A stretch of 39,223 bases of DNA from assembly GCA_049317345.1 (NCBI GenBank), contig JBMOIL010000002.1, positions 1 through 39,223 of the forward strand. Reading direction: 5' to 3'. How positions within the stretch are numbered: position 1 is the stretch's first letter; the number at the start of each line of letters is the position of its first letter. The position numbers were made by a program, and so were the translations under genes. Shown here piece by piece: positions 35,155-39,223 of the stretch. Under the pieces are notes generated by a model. It had not been told where the DNA came from. It was given only the letters and a program-made list of their open reading frames with translations, and made no database searches. This DNA comes from Candidatus Nanopelagicales bacterium (GTDB taxonomy: Bacteria > Actinomycetota > Actinomycetes > S36-B12).

Positions 35155-35763
35155 CTAGGCCCCGGGACTGACTCGCGAGGACAACCACCGGCCGAGCACG
35201 CCTTCGGGGACGTCATCCGCGCACAGGGCGAAGGTGAGGTGGTCTCGCCAGTCACCGTCGATGTGGAGATAGCGCTCGCGCAGACCCTCTTCGCGGAAGC
35301 CCAGCTTCTGCACCACCCGCAGCGAAGCGGCGTTCTCGGGACGGATGTTGATCTCGACCCGATGCAGCCCGACCTCGCGGAAGCAGTGGTCGGTGGCCAT
35401 CGCCACGGCGGTGGGCATGATGCCGCGCCCCGCGGCACGCTGATCGATCCAGTAGCCGATGTAAGCACTGAGCAGCGATCCGCGGGCGATGCCGCCGACC
35501 GTCACCTGGCCGGCGAAGGACCCATCGACAATAAGCGCAAAAGGAAGGCCCCGTCCCTCGCGCGCCTCGGCGCGCAGTCGTCGCACCATCGCACCGTACG
35601 TCGCGGGAGCGTCATGCTCGGCGAGCGGGAGAGTCGCCTCCCACGGACGCAGCCAACGGGCATTGCGCGTGCGGACTTCACGCCAGGCGGTCGCGTCACG
35701 CAGTCGGAGCGGTCGCAACTCGATGCGTCCTTCGCGCAGTCGAGCGGGCCAGCCGTGACTCAT
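35155..35763 (-). CDS. GNAT family N-acetyltransferase (RimJ/RimL-like)
   Basis: 202 aa with LRPLRLRDA...W and a Q/RxxGxG/A-type acetyl-CoA motif (DQRAAGRGIMP). There is an ATGA overlap with the moaC stop. Confidence 0.85.
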   Translation of the reverse strand: MSHGWPARLREGRIELRPLRLRDATAWREVRTRNARWLRPWEATLPLAEHDAPATYGAMVRRLRAEAREGRGLPFALIVDGSFAGQVTVGGIARGSLLSAYIGYWIDQRAAGRGIMPTAVAMATDHCFREVGLHRVEINIRPENAASLRVVQKLGFREEGLRERYLHIDGDWRDHLTFALCADDVPEGVLGRWLSSRVSPGA

Positions 35764-36236
35764 TCCGGTCGCACCCAGTGGCCGCGCTTGCCGCCCGACT
35801 TCTCATCGAGGCGGATGTCGGTGATGACCGCGGCAGGATCCACCGCCTTCACCATGTCGACGAGCGCGAGCGCTGCCACGGAGACGCACGTGAGGGCCTC
35901 CATCTCCACGCCCGTGCGATCCGCGGTGCGCACGGTCGCGACGATGGCTACGCCTCCGTCTTCAACCTGGAGGTCCACCTCGACGCCGTGGATGGCGAGC
36001 GGGTGGCACAGGGGCACGAGATCCGGGGTGCGCTTGGCAGCCTGGATTCCCGCGATCCTCGCGACGGCGAGTGCATCCCCCTTGGGCACGCCCTCTCCGC
36101 GCAGGAGGGCGACAACCTCGGTGGACACGGTCACCCGGCCCGATGCGGTGGCGGTGCGCACGGTGATGTCCTTCCCGCTGACGTCCACCATGCGGGCGGC
36201 ACCGCGGGAGTCCAGGTGCGTGAACTCGCTACTCAT
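35760..36236 (-). CDS. moaC: Cyclic pyranopterin monophosphate synthase accessory protein MoaC
   Basis: 158 aa with THLD..G.ARMVDVS.K, KGD, IPLCHP and EMEALT motifs. Confidence 0.95.
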   Translation of the reverse strand: MSSEFTHLDSRGAARMVDVSGKDITVRTATASGRVTVSTEVVALLRGEGVPKGDALAVARIAGIQAAKRTPDLVPLCHPLAIHGVEVDLQVEDGGVAIVATVRTADRTGVEMEALTCVSVAALALVDMVKAVDPAAVITDIRLDEKSGGKRGHWVRPE

Positions 36237-37450
36237 CAGCCGCCTCCTCGCAGATCCATGACCATGAGTTCATCACCCTGGGCCACACGCGAGACCTGCT
36301 CGGGCACGATCGCCAATCCATCCGCTCGCGAGAGGCCGCCGATGATGTGCGACCCCTGACCGCCCTCGGGCTCTGCCATAAGCAGGCCGTCGAGCGTCTG
36401 CAGGCGCACACGCGCAAACTGCGTCTTGCCATTCGGGGACGTGAACTCACGCGCACAGATCGCATGCAGCCGAGGGCGCTGGAGATCCGGATGGCCGAGC
36501 ATCCTCCGAATGAGCGGTCTGACGAACGCCTCGAAGGACACAAAGGAACTGACGGGATTGCCCGGCAGCGTGACGATGGGTGTGGATCCCACCACGCCCG
36601 CCCCCTGCGGCATTCCGGGCTGCATCGCGACCTTCACGAATTCGACACCGCCCAGCCGCGTGAGGACCGCCTTGACGGTGTCGTAGGCACCCATGCTCAC
36701 ACCCCCAGACGTGATGATGAGATCGCTGCGCGCAGCCTCCTGGAGGAGCATGCGCTCCAACTCGTCCTCGTCATCTCGCACCGGGCCCACGCGCACGGCC
36801 TCGGCACCGGCCTCACGCACCGCCGCCGTCAGCATGTAGCTGTTGGAGTCCACGATCTGACCGGGGCCGGGCTCCACTCCCGGGTCCACGAGCTCGTCAC
36901 CGGTGGAGATGACGCTCACGCGCGGACGACGGTGGACCGGGATCGTGGCGAGACCCACGGCAGCGAGCATCGCGATCACCCGCGCATTGATCGGCGTACC
37001 GGGTTCGAGGACGACCTCCCCCGCCGCCACGTCCTCACCGCGACGCCGAATGTGGGCACCGAGATCGGGTGCACGCGTGATCGTCACCTCGTCGGTGGCC
37101 CCATCTGTCCACTCCACGGGCACGACAGCGTCCGTCCCCTCCGGGATAGGCGCACCCGTCATGATGCGCACGGCTGTGCCCGGATCGAGCCGCTCCGCCG
37201 CCTCCTGACCGGCGGCGATGTCGCCGCGCACGGGAAGACGGATGGCGCTTTCGTCGGAGGCACCGGAGACATCGCTCACGCGTACGGCGTAGCCGTCCAT
37301 AGAACTGTTGTCGAAGGAGGGCAGCGGCCAACTCGCCGTCACCGAGTCAGCAAGCACGAGGCCGTCGGCCTCGAGCAGGGGTACCTGCTGCGCCGGGAGC
37401 GCCTGGGCACCGCCGAGGACGATGACCTGATGCTCCTCGACCGACCTCAT
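36236..37450 (-). CDS. moeA: Molybdopterin molybdotransferase MoeA
   Basis: Internal ATG at 37448..37450 gives MRSVEEHQ..., with PSFDNSSMDGYAV, STGDEL, SGGVSMGAYD and LPGNPVSS motifs. Confidence 0.93.
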   Translation of the reverse strand: MRSVEEHQVIVLGGAQALPAQQVPLLEADGLVLADSVTASWPLPSFDNSSMDGYAVRVSDVSGASDESAIRLPVRGDIAAGQEAAERLDPGTAVRIMTGAPIPEGTDAVVPVEWTDGATDEVTITRAPDLGAHIRRRGEDVAAGEVVLEPGTPINARVIAMLAAVGLATIPVHRRPRVSVISTGDELVDPGVEPGPGQIVDSNSYMLTAAVREAGAEAVRVGPVRDDEDELERMLLQEAARSDLIITSGGVSMGAYDTVKAVLTRLGGVEFVKVAMQPGMPQGAGVVGSTPIVTLPGNPVSSFVSFEAFVRPLIRRMLGHPDLQRPRLHAICAREFTSPNGKTQFARVRLQTLDGLLMAEPEGGQGSHIIGGLSRADGLAIVPEQVSRVAQGDELMVMDLRGGG

Positions 37451-37451
37451 G

Positions 37452-38327
37452 TCACGCCTCGCCTTCGAGCGCACGGGGCAGCCAGGCGCGCAGGGCGGGG
37501 CCGAGATCGTCACGCTCAAGGGCCAGGCGGATCACGGCCTGGAGGTAGGAGAGCCGGTCGCCGGTGTCGTAGCGGCGTCCTGTGAAGAGCACGCCGTGCA
37601 CGCGCCCGGCGAGGGCAAGCTCGCGAAGGGCATCGGTGAGTTGGATCTCCCCGCCGCGGCCCGGCTGCGTGCGCGCGAGCACAGAGAAGACCTCGGGGTC
37701 GAGGATGTAGCGACCGATGACCGCCAGGGTGCTTGGAGCAGCAGCCGCATCCGGCTTCTCCACCAGATCGGTGACGTTGACGACGTCGTCGGAAGAGGTC
37801 GGGGCGACAGCGGCGCATCCGTAGAGCGAGATCTGGTCGCGCGGGACCTCCATCAGGCAGAGCACCGAGCCGCCGAGCTCGTCACGCACGGCGATCATCC
37901 GCTCAAGCACGGCATCGCGCGGATCGATGAGGTCATCGCCCAAGAGGACGGCAAAGGGCCGGTCTCCGACATGCCGCTCCGCCATGAGCACCGCATGGCC
38001 GAGGCCCAGCGCGTCGCCCTGTCGCACGTAGTGGATGCGGGCGAGGTCGTTGGACTCGGTAACGCTGCGCAAGCGTGCGGTGTCGCCCTTGGCCACGAGC
38101 GCCGACTCCAACTCCAGATTGCGATCGAAGTGATCCTCGAGCGGGCGCTTGCTCCGTCCCGTCACAAAGAGGACGTCGTCGAGGCCGGCCGCGACAGCCT
38201 CTTCGACGACGTACTGGATCGCAGGCTTGTCCACGACGGGGAGCATCTCCTTGGGAGTTGCCTTGGTCGCGGGGAGGAATCGCGTGCCGAGGCCGGCCGC
38301 AGGGATGACCGCCGTTGTCACGCGCAT
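37452..38327 (-). CDS. galU: UTP--glucose-1-phosphate uridylyltransferase
   Basis: Starts MRVTTAVIPAAGLGTRFLPATKATPKEMLPVVDKP and contains VEKP. ATG at 38325..38327; the track start (GTG at 38333) is two codons longer. Confidence 0.94.
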   Translation of the reverse strand: MRVTTAVIPAAGLGTRFLPATKATPKEMLPVVDKPAIQYVVEEAVAAGLDDVLFVTGRSKRPLEDHFDRNLELESALVAKGDTARLRSVTESNDLARIHYVRQGDALGLGHAVLMAERHVGDRPFAVLLGDDLIDPRDAVLERMIAVRDELGGSVLCLMEVPRDQISLYGCAAVAPTSSDDVVNVTDLVEKPDAAAAPSTLAVIGRYILDPEVFSVLARTQPGRGGEIQLTDALRELALAGRVHGVLFTGRRYDTGDRLSYLQAVIRLALERDDLGPALRAWLPRALEGEA

Positions 38328-38352
38328 AGGCACACCCTAGGAGAATGCCCGG

Positions 38353-38928
38353 GTGAGCACCCCCGACACCGACTCATCGGCTGCCAAGGCGGCCGCGAGG
38401 GCGCAGGCCCGGGCCCGGCGCCGATCCACGGAGCGCCCCGACCCGGAGGCCCTCGCCCAAGTGGCCCTGGCCCTGCTCGAGGAACTGCCCGGGCCGCGTC
38501 GGGTCACGTGCTACGCGTCCTACGGCACCGAGCCGGACACCGGCACGATGCGCAGGCTCCTCGCTGACGCGGGCTTCGAGGTGCTGCTGCCGCGAGTGGA
38601 CGGCGATGACCTGCACTGGGTTGTCGACGGTCCCGACACCGCCGTGTCCACCATGGGGATCGACGAACCCGTGGGCGCCTCCGTGGATCTCCTGCCCGTG
38701 CGTGCACTGCTCGTGCCTGCACTCGCCGTCACGCAAGCCGGGGATCGGTTGGGCAAGGGGGGTGGCTACTACGACCGAGTGCTCGCGGGCCTGGCCGAGG
38801 CGCGCCCACCCGTCGTGGCCATCGCCGGTGACACCGACGTCGTGGATGCACTTCCCACCGACGCGCACGATCAGCGGGTGCAGGTGATCGTGACACCGGC
38901 CGGTGTCATTCGCTGCTCGTCGTACTAG
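38353..38928 (+). CDS. 5-formyltetrahydrofolate cyclo-ligase
   Basis: 191 aa with the GxGGGYYDR motif (GKGGGYYDR) and a YASYGTEPDT region. GTG start, only about 25 nt from the divergent galU. Confidence 0.85.
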   Translation: MSTPDTDSSAAKAAARAQARARRRSTERPDPEALAQVALALLEELPGPRRVTCYASYGTEPDTGTMRRLLADAGFEVLLPRVDGDDLHWVVDGPDTAVSTMGIDEPVGASVDLLPVRALLVPALAVTQAGDRLGKGGGYYDRVLAGLAEARPPVVAIAGDTDVVDALPTDAHDQRVQVIVTPAGVIRCSSY

Positions 38929-39223
38929 AGACCGAGTGCGCGCGCGAGCGTGAGGCCGGCGAGGATCGCCCCCAGGCTGCCTGCGACAGATACGACGACG
39001 TTCGTGAGCGATGCGGCACGTCGGCCTTCGCGCACGAGGACGAGCGTGTCGAGCGCAAAGGAGGAGAAGGTCGTCAGCGCACCGCAGAAGCCAACGCCGA
39101 GGAAGAGCAGCAGACCGGGACTGGCTGAGACCAGGAGCACCCCCAGCACGAAGGAACCGGCGAGGTTGGCGATGAGGATGGACCAGGGGAATCGACCGCC
39201 CACCAGGAGGATGAGCAGGTAGC
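38925..39223 (-). CDS. crcB: Fluoride ion channel CrcB/FluC. The 5' end probably lies beyond the right window edge.
   Basis: Contains GGRFPWSILIANLAGSFVLG...GFCGALTTFSSF. The reading frame stays open to the window edge. Confidence 0.85.
   Translation of the reverse strand, partial: YLLILLVGGRFPWSILIANLAGSFVLGVLLVSASPGLLLFLGVGFCGALTTFSSFALDTLVLVREGRRAASLTNVVVSVAGSLGAILAGLTLARALGL

Overview
This is a visibly GC-rich, gene-dense chromosomal segment that looks actinobacterial; I did not compute the exact GC percentage. From the ORF track plus hand inspection I can support about 45 protein-coding genes and 3 tRNA genes, most on the minus strand. Many genes are chained by 4-nt ATGA or GTGA stop/start overlaps.

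From about 10.9 kb to the right end the content is conserved housekeeping: ppx, DUF501, ftsB, eno, DUF885, mazG, a lipoprotein, mfd, cysQ-like, pth, rplY, prs, glmU, tRNA-Gln, a desaturase with TetR, ispE, rsmA, tatD, metG, rsmI, pmt, tRNA-Ala, rimJ-like, moaC, moeA, galU, 5-FTHF cyclo-ligase and crcB. From memory, this order is largely colinear with the Mycobacterium tuberculosis Rv1026 to Rv0992c block.

The left 10 kb is more variable. It holds an amidase, transsulfuration genes (metB-like, cbs), msrA, a YCII protein, a VapBC toxin-antitoxin pair, an MBL-fold hydrolase, an SGNH lipase, a Bax-inhibitor-1 family membrane protein, a family 4/5 uracil-DNA glycosylase, a dienelactone hydrolase and an orphan LacI regulator.

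I see no rRNA, CRISPR array, transposase, integrase or prophage genes, and no convincing new multi-gene system. The most unusual item is a 74-nt tRNA at 8215..8288. By hand folding it has a Leu UAA anticodon but a short class-I variable loop, and the glycosylase CDS overlaps it antisense. Other leads are small regulatory repeats (vapBC operator, desaturase/TetR upstream repeats), an identical UUCG-capped hairpin after two tRNAs, an L25 lacking its C-terminal domain, and two uncharacterised small proteins. All functional calls rest on motif recognition by eye; no database search was run.
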